In this document: positions 42,136-52,392 of the stretch, in pieces
How positions within the stretch are numbered: the stretch's first letter is position 1
How the letters are laid out: each line of letters begins with the position of its first letter
NCBI GenBank assembly: GCA_963745075.1
Contig: CAVUWV010000008.1
Span: 497,837 to 561,836 of the forward strand
Length of the DNA: 64,000 nucleotides
From: Candidatus Hydrogenedentota bacterium
GTDB lineage: Bacteria; Hydrogenedentota; Hydrogenedentia; Hydrogenedentales; SLHB01
Reading direction: 5' to 3'
The notes under the pieces: model-generated
What the model was told of the DNA's origin: nothing
What the model saw: the letters and a program-made list of their open reading frames with translations, nothing else
The model's database searches: none
Translations under genes and position numbers: made by a program

Positions 42136-43386
42136 ATGGCATTGCAGAAACCTTCCTACCGGGAACGAATGACCTGGTTCCACGACGCTCGATTCGGGAT
42201 GTTCATCCACTGGGGGCTCTACTCGATCCTGGGTCGCGGGGAATGGGCGATGCTCGAGGAGCGCATTCCCACGTCCGAGTACGCCAAGCTCGCCGGCCGG
42301 TTCAATCCAAAGAAGTTCGACGCGTTCGCATGGGCTGAACTCGCCGTTCAAGCGGGTATGAAATACGCCGTACTGACAACCCGGCATCACGACGGGTTTT
42401 GCCTGTTCGACAGTGAAGTGTCGAATTTTACGTCCGTGAAGACCGCCGCGAAACGCGATTTCGTGGCGGAGTATGTCGACGCGTTTCGCCGGGCGGGTCT
42501 GAAAGTCGGTTTCTATTACTCGTTGCTGGACTGGCGCTATTCCGGGTATTGGGACACCCGGAAGTACCGGGAGAGTGCCGAGGCCATGGTCGAACAGTAC
42601 CACGCCCAGGTGCGGGAGCTGATGAGCAACTATGGCGCGATCGACGTGCTCTGGTACGACGGACATTGGATCGACGGCGTGAAAAACCTGGCCCGTTTCT
42701 GGCGCGCTCGCGAGATCAACGAATGGGTCCGCAAGAAGCAGCCGCACATTCTCATCAACAATCGATCCGGCACGAACGAAGATCTGGATACGCCCGAACA
42801 GCACGTGACGGCGTCGAAACCGGGGCGCGGTTGGGAATCCTGCATGACCATCGGCGACCCGGTCGGCTGGGGCTACATCCGCAACAATCCGAACATGAAG
42901 ACGGAGACCCAGTTGTTGCAGCATCTCGTGACCGCCGCGGCGGGTGAAGGGAACTTCCTGCTCAATGTCGGGCCCAAACCAGACGGGACCGTTCGCAAAC
43001 GTGAGCGTCAGCGGCTGAAGGCGTTGGGCAAGTGGCTGCGGATCAATGGGCAGGCGATCTACGGCTCCCAGCGATGCGCGCTGAAGAACGGCATGATTGG
43101 CCTCTGGACGGCGCAAGGCAGAACGGCCTATCTCCATATCTTTCGTTGGCCGGGGCGCGAGGCGGTCATCCCGCTGGTGGGATCGAAGGTGAAGTCGGCG
43201 ACACTTCTCGCGACGGGACAGTCGGTCGAAGTGCGCACTGAATACAACGGCAGGCTGGTGCTGGCCGGGCTGCCCAAAAAACCGCCGCACCCATCCGTCT
43301 CGGTGGTTAAGGTCGAGTTTGCCACAAAGCCCAAGTGCTTGCAGGAACGCGACGCCGCCGCGTGGCTTGAAGGCGATGCGGGGTAG
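42136..43386 (+). CDS. Alpha-L-fucosidase (GH29)
   Basis: FGMFIHWG, TTRHHDGFCL, WYDG, INNR, NFLLNVGP. Confidence 0.92.
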   Translation: MALQKPSYRERMTWFHDARFGMFIHWGLYSILGRGEWAMLEERIPTSEYAKLAGRFNPKKFDAFAWAELAVQAGMKYAVLTTRHHDGFCLFDSEVSNFTSVKTAAKRDFVAEYVDAFRRAGLKVGFYYSLLDWRYSGYWDTRKYRESAEAMVEQYHAQVRELMSNYGAIDVLWYDGHWIDGVKNLARFWRAREINEWVRKKQPHILINNRSGTNEDLDTPEQHVTASKPGRGWESCMTIGDPVGWGYIRNNPNMKTETQLLQHLVTAAAGEGNFLLNVGPKPDGTVRKRERQRLKALGKWLRINGQAIYGSQRCALKNGMIGLWTAQGRTAYLHIFRWPGREAVIPLVGSKVKSATLLATGQSVEVRTEYNGRLVLAGLPKKPPHPSVSVVKVEFATKPKCLQERDAAAWLEGDAG

Positions 43387-43448
43387 CGGGACACCCTGCG
43401 GAACGTTTGTATTTCGCTGACGCGGGCGCAGAACCAGTCGATGGAATA

Positions 43449-43489
43449 TAAAAAGGGCCGTCACCGAAACTGGTTCGGTGACGGCCCTT
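43449..43489 (-). terminator. Intrinsic terminator
   Basis: Perfect 16-bp stem 43453-43468/43474-43489 with a T-run on the minus strand, just after the stop at 43499. Confidence 0.8.
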
Positions 43490-43498
43490 CTCGCTCGT

Positions 43499-45124
43499 TC
43501 AGTTGTTGGGGGGTTGTCCGCCTTGGCCCGGCGCGTTGGCCTGACTCTTCCGCAATTCTTCGTATTGCGTCTTGGCGCGTTCAGCGTCCTTGACCTTCTC
43601 CTGCGCTTCCTCGAGGAGTTTTTGTTTCTGTTCGGCGTCGGGGCCTTCCTTATCCGGCACCACTTTCAGGATCGTCTGGACGCCCGTGTACCGGCTCATG
43701 GCGTCGTCGAACTTCTTATCCTCAACGAGCCGGTCGCCTTCGTCGATTTGATCCTGGGCCAGATCCAGCACTCTCCGGATAATGCGGCTGATCATCCGGT
43801 TCGCCGTCTCAATCCCGTCTTTGGCCGCTTGCGCCTGTTCTTTGAACTCGTCGGTCACCTGTTGGAATACCAGAATGGCCTTTTCGTATTTGGCGAGGGC
43901 TTCTTCATTCTGCTCGGCGGCGAAACTCGCTTCCGCTTCGCGCAACACGGCTTCGCCGGTCGCCACGGTCTGAATGGCCAACTGCTGGCGCTCGTTGCGT
44001 TCGGTGATGGCTACCTGCGTTTCGTTAATCAAGTTGGCCGCGTCGTCGCTCGAGCGGTCGTATTCCAGGGCGCGGGTAAACGCGTTCAAGGCCAACTGCA
44101 GGGTTTCGCTTGGCGCATCGGGGTTGGACGCTTCGTCGTACAGCTTTTTCCCCTGTTCCAAGTAGTGATTGGCCAGCTTATGCAGGATTTCCTTCCGGTT
44201 CGGGCCATTCATAGACAGCGCGGCGTCCCACTCCTGAACGGCCCGGTCGCGGGCTTCCTTTGTTCCGAACGCGTAAAAGGCGTCGCCCACGCGTTCGTAG
44301 ACATCTTGATTATCCTGGTTCTGCGCGGAAAGCTGCCGGTAGACCTTCTCCGCTTCCAGCAAGTTGTGCTTTTCTTGCAGCAGATACTGGATTTCGTTGA
44401 CGAGGTACCAGGTCATGGATTTTGACGAGGGCCGGATATCGCTCTTGTCCCCTTCAGTCCGCAACACGGTGTACCACGCGTCCGCAACCGATACGACGGC
44501 GCTCCCGAAAAATTTCTGACCGCCTTTGGTCATATACCCCTCGTATCCGCGGCCGACTTGGTAGTCGGAAAGGATCAGCGTCTTTGCGTCGTTGTAGAAA
44601 CCGTGGCGCTCTTTGAAATAGAGAGTCGGATTGCGGATGTATTCGAGATGCTCGGGGCGCGAGGTCAAACGATACACGGATAAATGGCTGTCCACATCCT
44701 TCTCGATCTGTTCGAGCATCCGTTGGCTTTGGGCGTCGTACTCGAATGTAAAGGGAAGCATGATGTCGGACACGAGGCCCGCGAGAACGCCCATCCGGTA
44801 GCAGAAATAACTTCCCACACCGTACTGGCGCGCCTCGCGCAACAATTGAACCTCCGTGCCAACCGCATTGATGGCTTCCGCACGGGTATTCAAGGGAACA
44901 TTGGCCAGTTCCGCCCGGTATTTCACGGCGCCTTGCATGACTTCCGATTCGTAACTGATGTCGACGTTCTTGAACGGGTTCTTATAGAGTTGGCTGAGCA
45001 CTTGAAACGCGGTGGCCACGATGGACTTCTGCGCGGTGGGTCCCCAAGCGTTTGCCTGGGTGGTCATCAACCCCACACTAATACCGGCTACGATCGCTAA
45101 TCTGGTCAGAAACCTGCACGTCAT
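43499..45124 (-). CDS. Secreted protein: degenerate Zn-PLC/S1-P1-like N-domain plus TPR/coiled-coil C-terminus
   Basis: Signal peptide ending ANA-WG; YRMGVLAGLVSDIMLPF; TPR-like helices. Confidence 0.6.
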   Translation of the reverse strand: MTCRFLTRLAIVAGISVGLMTTQANAWGPTAQKSIVATAFQVLSQLYKNPFKNVDISYESEVMQGAVKYRAELANVPLNTRAEAINAVGTEVQLLREARQYGVGSYFCYRMGVLAGLVSDIMLPFTFEYDAQSQRMLEQIEKDVDSHLSVYRLTSRPEHLEYIRNPTLYFKERHGFYNDAKTLILSDYQVGRGYEGYMTKGGQKFFGSAVVSVADAWYTVLRTEGDKSDIRPSSKSMTWYLVNEIQYLLQEKHNLLEAEKVYRQLSAQNQDNQDVYERVGDAFYAFGTKEARDRAVQEWDAALSMNGPNRKEILHKLANHYLEQGKKLYDEASNPDAPSETLQLALNAFTRALEYDRSSDDAANLINETQVAITERNERQQLAIQTVATGEAVLREAEASFAAEQNEEALAKYEKAILVFQQVTDEFKEQAQAAKDGIETANRMISRIIRRVLDLAQDQIDEGDRLVEDKKFDDAMSRYTGVQTILKVVPDKEGPDAEQKQKLLEEAQEKVKDAERAKTQYEELRKSQANAPGQGGQPPNN

Positions 45125-45452
45125 GGTCTACCTCATTCGTTTCGGACTCAACGTCCGAACGCGTTTTCGGTTTGTTCCGTTCTAGCTCCAAGCACACAGC
45201 CGACGCCGCGTGCGCACGATGCGGTGAAAGTCGCCCCGGTTCACGATGGTTTTCAAGCTCCCCAACCGGCCTGCCGATGGCCCCGCCAGTTCCGTTCTTG
45301 AGGCCGGAAAAGGGTGGCCCCACCGTACTTACGTCCAACGACTTGGTTCACGCCGATGCGATCAACCATTTACCCCAAGTTCGCGGTACACCCCGAGTCG
45401 ATACTGTCTCACCGCGATGGAGAATATCACAAACGCACTACGTACAAAAAAC

Positions 45453-45616
45453 GCGATGGCCCCGCGCCGGCGCCGAAGGCCGGTTACCCGGATCGGGCGC
45501 ACCCCGTTCGCGCAATGGCTTCGGCGCTCGCACCCATGAGGGTGTTCGAACCTTGCGATTCCTTTCGGGCGGGGTCGAGTTTACCGCGATACACCGCCGC
45601 GTGCTTCTCGCATCGC
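45453..45616 (-). ncRNA. Candidate structured RNA, possibly 6S RNA
   Basis: Terminal GCGATG/CATCGC pairing, long imperfect hairpin, own promoter, downstream U-run. Confidence 0.45.
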
Positions 45617-45630
45617 TAAGTCAAAGCGCA

Positions 45631-45659
45631 ACAATATCATAAGTCGATTATTCCGTCAA
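45631..45659 (-). promoter_or_regulatory. Sigma70-type promoter for the candidate RNA
   Basis: TTGACG-17 nt-TATTGT, with extended -10 TG. Confidence 0.55.
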
Positions 45660-45760
45660 CCGGACATGGGGCGAAGTATGGCACGCGGGATACCTCCCGT
45701 CCACTGGAACGTATCCCGCGTTAACCGACAATCTACCGACGTATCCAGTTGTCGCGCACC

Positions 45761-46855
45761 CTACAGGGACGTCGTGTTGAGTCCGTCGTAGAGGGGGTCG
45801 TCGGGGTAATACCAGAACCGCGGTTCGAAATCCGTCCCCGGGAGGCGGTTGCCGCACCATGGCGGTACGTTGATGAGCGGCCAATTATCGTACACGTTGG
45901 CTTGCAGGAACTGAACGAAATTGGGCGTGTACGGCAGAACGTAATTGAACACATTACTTGTATACTTGACGAATTTTACATGACCGTCGAGGTAAAGAAT
46001 ATTGCCGCCTCGGGGATCGTGGTTCATTACGATCCGCGCGTTCTCGGTAACCGAGTCGAACAGAACCGGGATTTGCGTGTCGGACACAGAGCTGTTCGCG
46101 GGATTGTTGATGTCCGTGATGAACAACCGTCCGGCGCCGATCCGTGTCCGATAGAAGGTGTTGCCGCCTCCCGGAGCATGTCCACCGAGGACCGTCAAGT
46201 CGTGGTTCATGAAATTGGAATCGCCCAGCCACATCAAGCGGTCCAGTTCGTCAAACAGGAACAGGCCTTGTTCCTCGGTTACGATGGCGTACGGGAAATA
46301 GGTGTACATCTGGCTGGTTACGCATTCCCAATCGGGTCGCAAGCCCATGAGGCGGATGCGGCTCCAGAACTGGGGATCGCCATCGAGCGGGTCCGGCGTA
46401 AGTCCGTTGAAATATTCACTCGTAATGTGTTCTTCGGCAAACGTTTCGTCTTTATACCAGCGGTCTGATTTGCCGCCGTGAACTGCCAAGCCCGATGGGC
46501 AGACCAAGACCTCGAGGTCCGACAAATAGTCCGGGAATATGGATCGGGCGTCCATCGCGAAGTTGTTGCGGATCATCTGCTGAGAATAGTTGAAGGTGGG
46601 GTTCGGCGGGATGTATTCCGCTTGTCCCCAGAATTCGTTTGGCGCTCCAGGCGGCAATTGGTCGTTGTTCTCGTTGGCATACATGATGAACGCCAACCCC
46701 ATCTGCTTCAGGTTGCTCGAGCAACTCGCTTTCCGTGCCGCTTCGCGTGCCCGCGCCAGGACCGGCAACAGGAGCGCCGCGAGGATTGAGATGATACTGA
46801 TCACCACGAGCAGTTCGATCAGCGTAAAGCCCGGTGATACCCACTTGCGTTTCAT
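45761..46855 (-). CDS. Prepilin-type N-terminal cleavage / DUF1559 protein with H-X9-DG motif
   Basis: [50 protein letters not shown]. Confidence 0.92.
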   Translation of the reverse strand: MKRKWVSPGFTLIELLVVISIISILAALLLPVLARAREAARKASCSSNLKQMGLAFIMYANENNDQLPPGAPNEFWGQAEYIPPNPTFNYSQQMIRNNFAMDARSIFPDYLSDLEVLVCPSGLAVHGGKSDRWYKDETFAEEHITSEYFNGLTPDPLDGDPQFWSRIRLMGLRPDWECVTSQMYTYFPYAIVTEEQGLFLFDELDRLMWLGDSNFMNHDLTVLGGHAPGGGNTFYRTRIGAGRLFITDINNPANSSVSDTQIPVLFDSVTENARIVMNHDPRGGNILYLDGHVKFVKYTSNVFNYVLPYTPNFVQFLQANVYDNWPLINVPPWCGNRLPGTDFEPRFWYYPDDPLYDGLNTTSL

Positions 46856-46960
46856 AGCACTCGCCCCTTCCTCTCATTGACGGCGAGACCCGCACCGCGT
46901 ATCTCGCAATTTTCGCACCGCAAGGCACCCACGGCCTGAACCGCTTTGTTGGTAACTCAC

Positions 46961-46989
46961 AGCCTAGCACTGGTGATACGAACTGTCAA
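46961..46989 (-). promoter_or_regulatory. Putative sigma70 promoter of the DUF1559 gene
   Basis: TTGACA-17 nt-TAGGCT with extended TG. Confidence 0.45.
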
Positions 46990-47039
46990 TAAATATTCAC
47001 AATTCGTGCCGCGCAGCGCCAGCGCGCGCCACGGAAGAG

Positions 47040-47068
47040 TTGACCGGCTTCGCGCGGTATGGTAGCAT
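47040..47068 (+). promoter_or_regulatory. Putative tRNA promoter
   Basis: TTGACC-17 nt-TAGCAT with extended TG, 13 nt before the tRNA. Confidence 0.6.
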
Positions 47069-47081
47069 TCCGTTTCGCTAC

Positions 47082-47158
47082 GGGCGACTAGCTCAGGTGG
47101 TTAGAGCGCCGTCTTCACACGGCGGAGGTCGCTGGTTCGAGCCCAGCGTCGCCCACCA
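47082..47158 (+). tRNA. tRNA-Val (CAC)
   Basis: GGGCGAC/GTCGCCC acceptor stem, TAGCTCAG..GG D-arm, anticodon loop TTCACAC, GGTTCGA T-arm, encoded CCA. Confidence 0.97.
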
Positions 47159-47280
47159 TTCAAACCGCTAAGGTCCAATGGGTTACGCGTGTATCCCGTT
47201 GGGCTTCTTGCGTGCGTGGGGTCTCGTGCGAACCGGCATCGGAACGAATTACGTGGCGGCCGGGAATCGTAATCCCCAGA

Positions 47281-47643
47281 TTACGCACCGTCCTCCGCTT
47301 CGTTTGACGGGCCTTCGGCGAGGGCGTCGAATCCACGGACCCGCGCCTGGGTCTGCTCGGAAAAGCCGTCCAGGTCCCGATCGCTCAGCAATCCCATGGT
47401 TCGCAGGACCATAAGTTGCATCTCGGCGGTGGATCGTCTGAAATCGTTGAACGCCTCGCCCAACTCCCGGTCCCGTTTCTCGAGTAACGTGTAAACACGA
47501 AGATACCGTTCGTGCGCCGTCCCGTCCGCCGCCTTGGCCGTTGCCGCCACCTCGTCGAGTACCCGCGCGCAAAACCGCTCGAGGAGTTCCGCGTGCACGC
47601 GCTTGAATTCGCGCCAATCCCGTTCCGGAATTCCCATTGACAT
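47281..47643 (-). CDS. Hypothetical helical protein
   Basis: RBS AGGAGGGG; ERDWREFK..ERFCARVL..HERYL. Confidence 0.75.
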   Translation of the reverse strand: MSMGIPERDWREFKRVHAELLERFCARVLDEVAATAKAADGTAHERYLRVYTLLEKRDRELGEAFNDFRRSTAEMQLMVLRTMGLLSDRDLDGFSEQTQARVRGFDALAEGPSNEAEDGA

Positions 47644-47785
47644 GGCATCCCCTCCTTTAGAGCACTTTAAGGTTGCCCGTAGCCGTCGCTGACCTCACGT
47701 TCTCGTTCTCGGATTGTCGAGCAGGGGAAAATGCGGATTAGACGATTCACGTACTGCTGCAAGAAGATTCCCGGGGCACATCCAA

Positions 47786-48268
47786 TCAATGGCCCTCGAG
47801 CCCTTTCGGAAACCGGTCCGCCACCAGATCGAGGCGGACACCATGCTCAAGATACGCTTTCAGACCCGCAAGCACTAGAGCAAACCCCTGCGCCGAGTCG
47901 ATGGCCCGGCTCGCCACGTCGTCGCCACTACCCGTGAATCCGCCGTTCACGATACTGACAAATGTCGCGTCGTCCTGATAGGGGGTGAAGGTCCATTCCA
48001 CAGTCGTTGGCCCGCCGGCCCCCGGCCACTCGATGACGATGCGCTGGTTCGGTTCGACCACTTTCGCCGTCACCGGGATCGAAAAACCGTACATTTCCCA
48101 TTCCCACTCAACCTCTTGGCCGGCCTCCAGCCTGCCGCTGCTCCTGGTGAACCAGAACTTGGTGATGATGTCCGGGTCCACAAAGGCCTCGAAAACCTCC
48201 GCAACGGGTTTGCGAATGAGCATTCCGGTCTTTGCGACGGGCGCTCGGGTGAGTTCGAGATTGTCCAT
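47786..48268 (-). CDS. SRPBCC/AHSA1 family protein
   Basis: MLIRKPVAEVFEAFVDP..KFWF, LAGLKAYLEHG; RBS GGGAG. Confidence 0.88.
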   Translation of the reverse strand: MDNLELTRAPVAKTGMLIRKPVAEVFEAFVDPDIITKFWFTRSSGRLEAGQEVEWEWEMYGFSIPVTAKVVEPNQRIVIEWPGAGGPTTVEWTFTPYQDDATFVSIVNGGFTGSGDDVASRAIDSAQGFALVLAGLKAYLEHGVRLDLVADRFPKGLEGH

Positions 48269-48392
48269 GATATCTCCCTTGTTTGCGGTAGGGTCGTGCA
48301 CACTTACTTCGTATCGAGAGAAAGCCCGCAGACGGTGGTATAGGGGTTGGCTCACCGGAGCCCGCAGTAACGACGACCTGGATACAGCGTCC

Positions 48393-48593
48393 TCACGTGA
48401 ATTTCTTGTCTTTTGACAAATTGGCGTAAATAAACTCGGGGTCGAGGTCAACGCCGCAATCCCATTGCACTGTGTCAAACGATACGTGAATCCGCCGAAA
48501 GGCATCATTGTCTTTCAATCTTTGGAAGACTCCACACTCCAGATACGGCTTCATATCCAGCGTGCCACGTTCGCCATTGTCGAAATCGATGCT
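48393..48593 (-). pseudogene. DUF2442-like protein remnant lacking its N-terminus
   Basis: SIDFDNGERGTLDMKPYL..TVQWDCGVDLDPEFIY begins immediately after the upstream stop, with no start codon or RBS in front of it. Confidence 0.7.
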
Positions 48594-48861
48594 CTACTGA
48601 AGAGGCTGAATCTTGAATGGTTTTTCTCCATTCATCACCAACTCCCTATCCGCCATGAGTTCGTCCTGGCGACGTTCAGCCCACGCCAGAACGAGTTTCG
48701 TTTGGTCCCTTGGCAGATTCACCTTGAATCACCTCGCAAGCACGGATATCAACTGTTGCCTTGCACTCTCCGTAGTATACATGAAAATGCGGTGGCGGAT
48801 GTTCCTTGGGCGCGAAGTACATCCGTATAATAATCCCGTAAGACACTGAAACCGTCGGCAT
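48594..48861 (-). pseudogene. DUF4160-like protein, frameshifted at ~48720
   Basis: MPTVS..GIIIRMYF..EHPPPHFHVYYG; the shifted frame continues NLPRDQTKLVLAWAE..QDELMAD..PFKIQPLQ*. Confidence 0.75.
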
Positions 48862-48924
48862 GATTACTCCCCAACAGTGCTGAAATTTACATCACACCGG
48901 CTATATTGTCTGCTTGGGTCGTTC

Positions 48925-50055
48925 TTACCACCTCTTGCAAAATGCCTCAAATAGCGCGTCAAGATCTTCCGGCATCAGGCCGCTTGGGACGACGCAGAGC
49001 CCCTCGGGTTTCAGGGCGGCGCTGAATTCGAGGACTTCGTCGGCGGGGCAGAAGACGTAGAGCGATTTGCCGTGTTCCTGGATGTTCTTGAACATGGGAA
49101 TCCAGGCCAGGGCCGACGGCGAGCCTTCGCCGGGGGTGAATTGAATCGCCTGGATGTCGGGGACTTCGAGCAGGGCGTCGATATGGCGGGCGGCGCCGGG
49201 GCCGTCCAGGTGGAAAACGGCGCGGCCCAGGGTCGCGGATTGCCGCGCGATATCGGGCAGGCAGATCGCATTGAACTCGTCCGGGCCGATGAGGAAATTG
49301 AAATCGCACGCGGGGACGTAATACGGCCGGTTCGACCAGATTTCCAGCCAATGGATAAGACCCGTACCATGGCCGAGGGCGATTCGGTACAGGGACGTAA
49401 AGGCCGCGTGCCATGCCGGGTAGATGGCGTCGATGGCTTCGCGGACCGTGTCGGGCCTGGTTATGACGTCGAGACAGAGGGCGGACGAGCCCCGAAGATT
49501 GAGCAACACGTCTGCCGACGCACCGAGGTCGGGCGTGCACACGAGATAGCGTCCGGCTGCATCCCGGGCCGCCAATTCGGTCAATTCACGCAGCGCGGTC
49601 CACCAATGGTTCGATTCCTCGAGTTGCCAATCCGGTGCGTTCGACCAGTCGTCGTTGATGAAGGCATGCGTCCAGCCCGTATCCGCGCCGAATTCCAACC
49701 GGCCGCCCAACATTGCTCCAAGAAAGACCGGGCCGAAATCAGTGCGGACGTAGGGGAGCTTGTCGCCCACACGATGAACCTGCTGCAGATCCTCGAACTT
49801 GGCTTCGAGCCATGCAGCAGGATTGTCGAGCAAGTCGAGCCGTCGCGTAATAGGGCGGTTGGGATTGGTGTTCGCCGCACCGAGAAAGAGCGGACGGTCG
49901 GTCACGTCGTGATTCCACCACGCCTCGAAGCGCTCGGCGATGCGCGGGAAGTCTTCGCAGAACGCGAGCGGCTCCGATGCGATCGCGTTTAACGTCGTGG
50001 ACCATGAATCCAGTTCCGCGATGGATTCCGTCGGAAGATGATTGATAACAGCCAT
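48925..50055 (-). CDS. URO-D/methyltransferase-like TIM-barrel protein
   Basis: PDLG..D.L..LRG, CDF..IGP..F, FHLDGPGA..H.D.LL, IQFTPG. Confidence 0.65.
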   Translation of the reverse strand: MAVINHLPTESIAELDSWSTTLNAIASEPLAFCEDFPRIAERFEAWWNHDVTDRPLFLGAANTNPNRPITRRLDLLDNPAAWLEAKFEDLQQVHRVGDKLPYVRTDFGPVFLGAMLGGRLEFGADTGWTHAFINDDWSNAPDWQLEESNHWWTALRELTELAARDAAGRYLVCTPDLGASADVLLNLRGSSALCLDVITRPDTVREAIDAIYPAWHAAFTSLYRIALGHGTGLIHWLEIWSNRPYYVPACDFNFLIGPDEFNAICLPDIARQSATLGRAVFHLDGPGAARHIDALLEVPDIQAIQFTPGEGSPSALAWIPMFKNIQEHGKSLYVFCPADEVLEFSAALKPEGLCVVPSGLMPEDLDALFEAFCKRW

Positions 50056-50355
50056 TGAACGAGCCCCCCGACACTTACCTCAAAATAGACCGTGCGACGC
50101 CGTGACCGCCGAAACCGCGAACGCGCAACACGAGTCAAACAGGTGATGCGTTTTCGAGGGTGGCCCGCCTTCCCATCTCGCCCCTTACCCCATGTGACCT
50201 CACGGGCCACCCCCCTCTTTTTTTCTGCAAAGCCTATGGTGATACGCCCCCACCGCGCGAGTCAATCTCTGTCCCGAAGCAAACGCGCTGGAGACATCGC
50301 GTGGCAGGCAGGTTTGAACGATCCGTCCTTTCCCTGCGGAAACCCTAAGTTGTTC

Positions 50356-50397
50356 CCCACTGGGAGCGCCAGGCTGGAGCCTGGCGCTCCCAGTGGG
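50356..50397. repeat. Perfect 20-bp palindrome (REP-like)
   Basis: CCCACTGGGAGCGCCAGGCT-GG-AGCCTGGCGCTCCCAGTGGG. Confidence 0.9.
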
Positions 50398-50506
50398 CTC
50401 GTCCCGGCCCGTTTTTGACCGTCCCAACGACGGCGTGTTAAAGAATCTTCAAAGCCCGCGTGGAAACAACCATACTGAGCACACCGAACGGAGGGGGTTG
50501 GGCGAG

Positions 50507-50923
50507 ATGAACGTCGAAGGAGTTGCCGTCTTTCACATGCTGGACGAACTCAGGGAATCGACCAACACGTGCGACTTTGAGGTTCTCTCGTTCAGCGATG
50601 CGCGATTGTTCATCATCGGAAGCTTCGACCTCGACTATTATCACGAAGTCGAAATCGCTTTCGAGGATGTCGTGTACATCGAATTGCCCACGTACTTCAA
50701 TCGGCCAGCGCTCCGGGCGGCGACTCCGGAGGAGGCAAACGCGTACGCCTACCTGGGGCTCGACCCTACGGAATACCTCTACGTGATCGAGGAAGACCCG
50801 TACGTCGATTCACGGAAATACTACGTCGCGGCAAGAAGCGTAAGCGCCCGAAAGTGTATGGTGTACCACTATCGGCGCGAGGAGTTGAAGGACGGCGAGG
50901 AGATCGCGCCCTGGGTGAAGTAG
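50507..50923 (+). CDS. Hypothetical protein
   Basis: RBS-like GGAGG; acidic/aromatic globular sequence (GSFDLDYYHEVEIAFEDV). Confidence 0.7.
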   Translation: MNVEGVAVFHMLDELRESTNTCDFEVLSFSDARLFIIGSFDLDYYHEVEIAFEDVVYIELPTYFNRPALRAATPEEANAYAYLGLDPTEYLYVIEEDPYVDSRKYYVAARSVSARKCMVYHYRREELKDGEEIAPWVK

Positions 50924-50945
50924 CAGCAAAAGACGGAGACTTCGA

Positions 50946-52277
50946 ATGATACGGTATGCATTTATTGTCGCTTTACTTTCTTTGGGTTTGATTCTTCGTG
51001 CCAATGCACAGGCCCCTTCCGTACGCGTCACTGCCGAGGAAGACGTATACTCTTTCACGCCGCCGGACAACGGATCGGGTCCGTTGTGGAGCTACGGGTG
51101 CACGACGATTGCCCGGCTTGGCGATCGGTTGGTAGTGAGTGAAATGGAAACCAGCGAAGGCGTGCCGCTCCTTTGCAACACAAAATGGAAACTGGCCGAG
51201 CGATCGGAAGAAGGCTGGGAAGTGTTCGCGGAGGCAGAGGGGTACCGCCAACGCGAACCCTGCCTTTTGGCCACGCTGTCGGATCACGAGTTCTATCTGT
51301 ACGTGAACGATTCGCTCACCCCGCCGGGCACGAAGTACGGCCCGTGCGAACCGCATCTGCTGGCTTTCGATCTGAATGAACTCTCGCAACCGCCGCGCGA
51401 ACTCATGCCGGAATGGGCCGGCGAGACGTATTTCACCGATCACTCGTACCGGGGCTACGCCGCCGACCGCGCGAGCCGCGAGCTGCTGATGCTGAACATC
51501 AATGCGAAGACCAGCACGGAGCATTGGGCTTTGCTCACGCCGGACGGCACGACGTTGAAGAACGGCGGCATCGACTTCCCGATCCGCGCATGCTATCCGC
51601 AGGTGGCGTTGACGAGTCATGCCGCGTACGTGCTGGCCGTCAGCGATATCGTCGAGCCCAACGAGGAATGGCGCAACTACAAGTTCGAACAGACCCAGCG
51701 CAAGTGGGATTACGTGTTCCGCATCCTCTATTTCACGTGGACGCCCGATCTGCTTACACAGGAGTTCGGCGCGCCCATCGAGATCGCCAATGTCGACAAG
51801 ACGGGAGGCCACATCTCCAACCAGGACCTGTGGATCAGCCCGGACGGTGAAGCCTACGTCATGTATACGGAACGGGAAGTCGCGTCCGCCCTCATCCGCG
51901 ACAAGTTCGTGCCGGACGGGTCCATCGTCAACTCGCTGCATCTCGCCGTGGTCAAAGACGGGGAAGTCATCCGGCGAAAGGTGCTTGTAAAAGGGACAGA
52001 ATCGGTCCAGCCCGGCCACGCCCGGTTCCAGGTCACCCCCGACGGTAAGGTGTACGCCCTGCTCTACATCAACGGCGCGGAACACCCGAACCAGCTCATG
52101 CAAATTTACCCGCTGGTCGACGACCCGCCTACCGTACCGGTGCCGTTCAAGAAGCCCTTCGGATCGTTCCTCATGCCAACCGTACGCTCGGGCAACGCAC
52201 CGTCCAATATCATCGACGTCTTCGGCATGAACGGTTCCGGCAATACGATGTCCTACGGGCAAGCAATCATTGAATGA
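50946..52277 (+). CDS. Secreted hypothetical protein (beta-rich)
   Basis: RBS GGAG; signal peptide ending ANA; GC3-rich codon usage. Confidence 0.8.
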   Translation: MIRYAFIVALLSLGLILRANAQAPSVRVTAEEDVYSFTPPDNGSGPLWSYGCTTIARLGDRLVVSEMETSEGVPLLCNTKWKLAERSEEGWEVFAEAEGYRQREPCLLATLSDHEFYLYVNDSLTPPGTKYGPCEPHLLAFDLNELSQPPRELMPEWAGETYFTDHSYRGYAADRASRELLMLNINAKTSTEHWALLTPDGTTLKNGGIDFPIRACYPQVALTSHAAYVLAVSDIVEPNEEWRNYKFEQTQRKWDYVFRILYFTWTPDLLTQEFGAPIEIANVDKTGGHISNQDLWISPDGEAYVMYTEREVASALIRDKFVPDGSIVNSLHLAVVKDGEVIRRKVLVKGTESVQPGHARFQVTPDGKVYALLYINGAEHPNQLMQIYPLVDDPPTVPVPFKKPFGSFLMPTVRSGNAPSNIIDVFGMNGSGNTMSYGQAIIE

Positions 52278-52392
52278 CTACAATTTGGTCGGACCTGTAT
52301 GGAGTGCGGCCACGCTCCAGCGTGGCTGCTTTCACGGAGCGGGCTTGCCCGCGGCGCAGGGTAGTGGCTGCTCTGTAAGAAGGAGTAAGCGT

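Noticed and set aside
45172..45642. Plus-strand ORFs of 97-156 aa
   Set aside because: No RBS or protein-like motifs; the region is better explained by the minus-strand RNA candidate.
47159..47280. Prophage or ICE attachment site at tRNA-Val
   Set aside because: No integrase and no duplicated tRNA 3' end found in the window.
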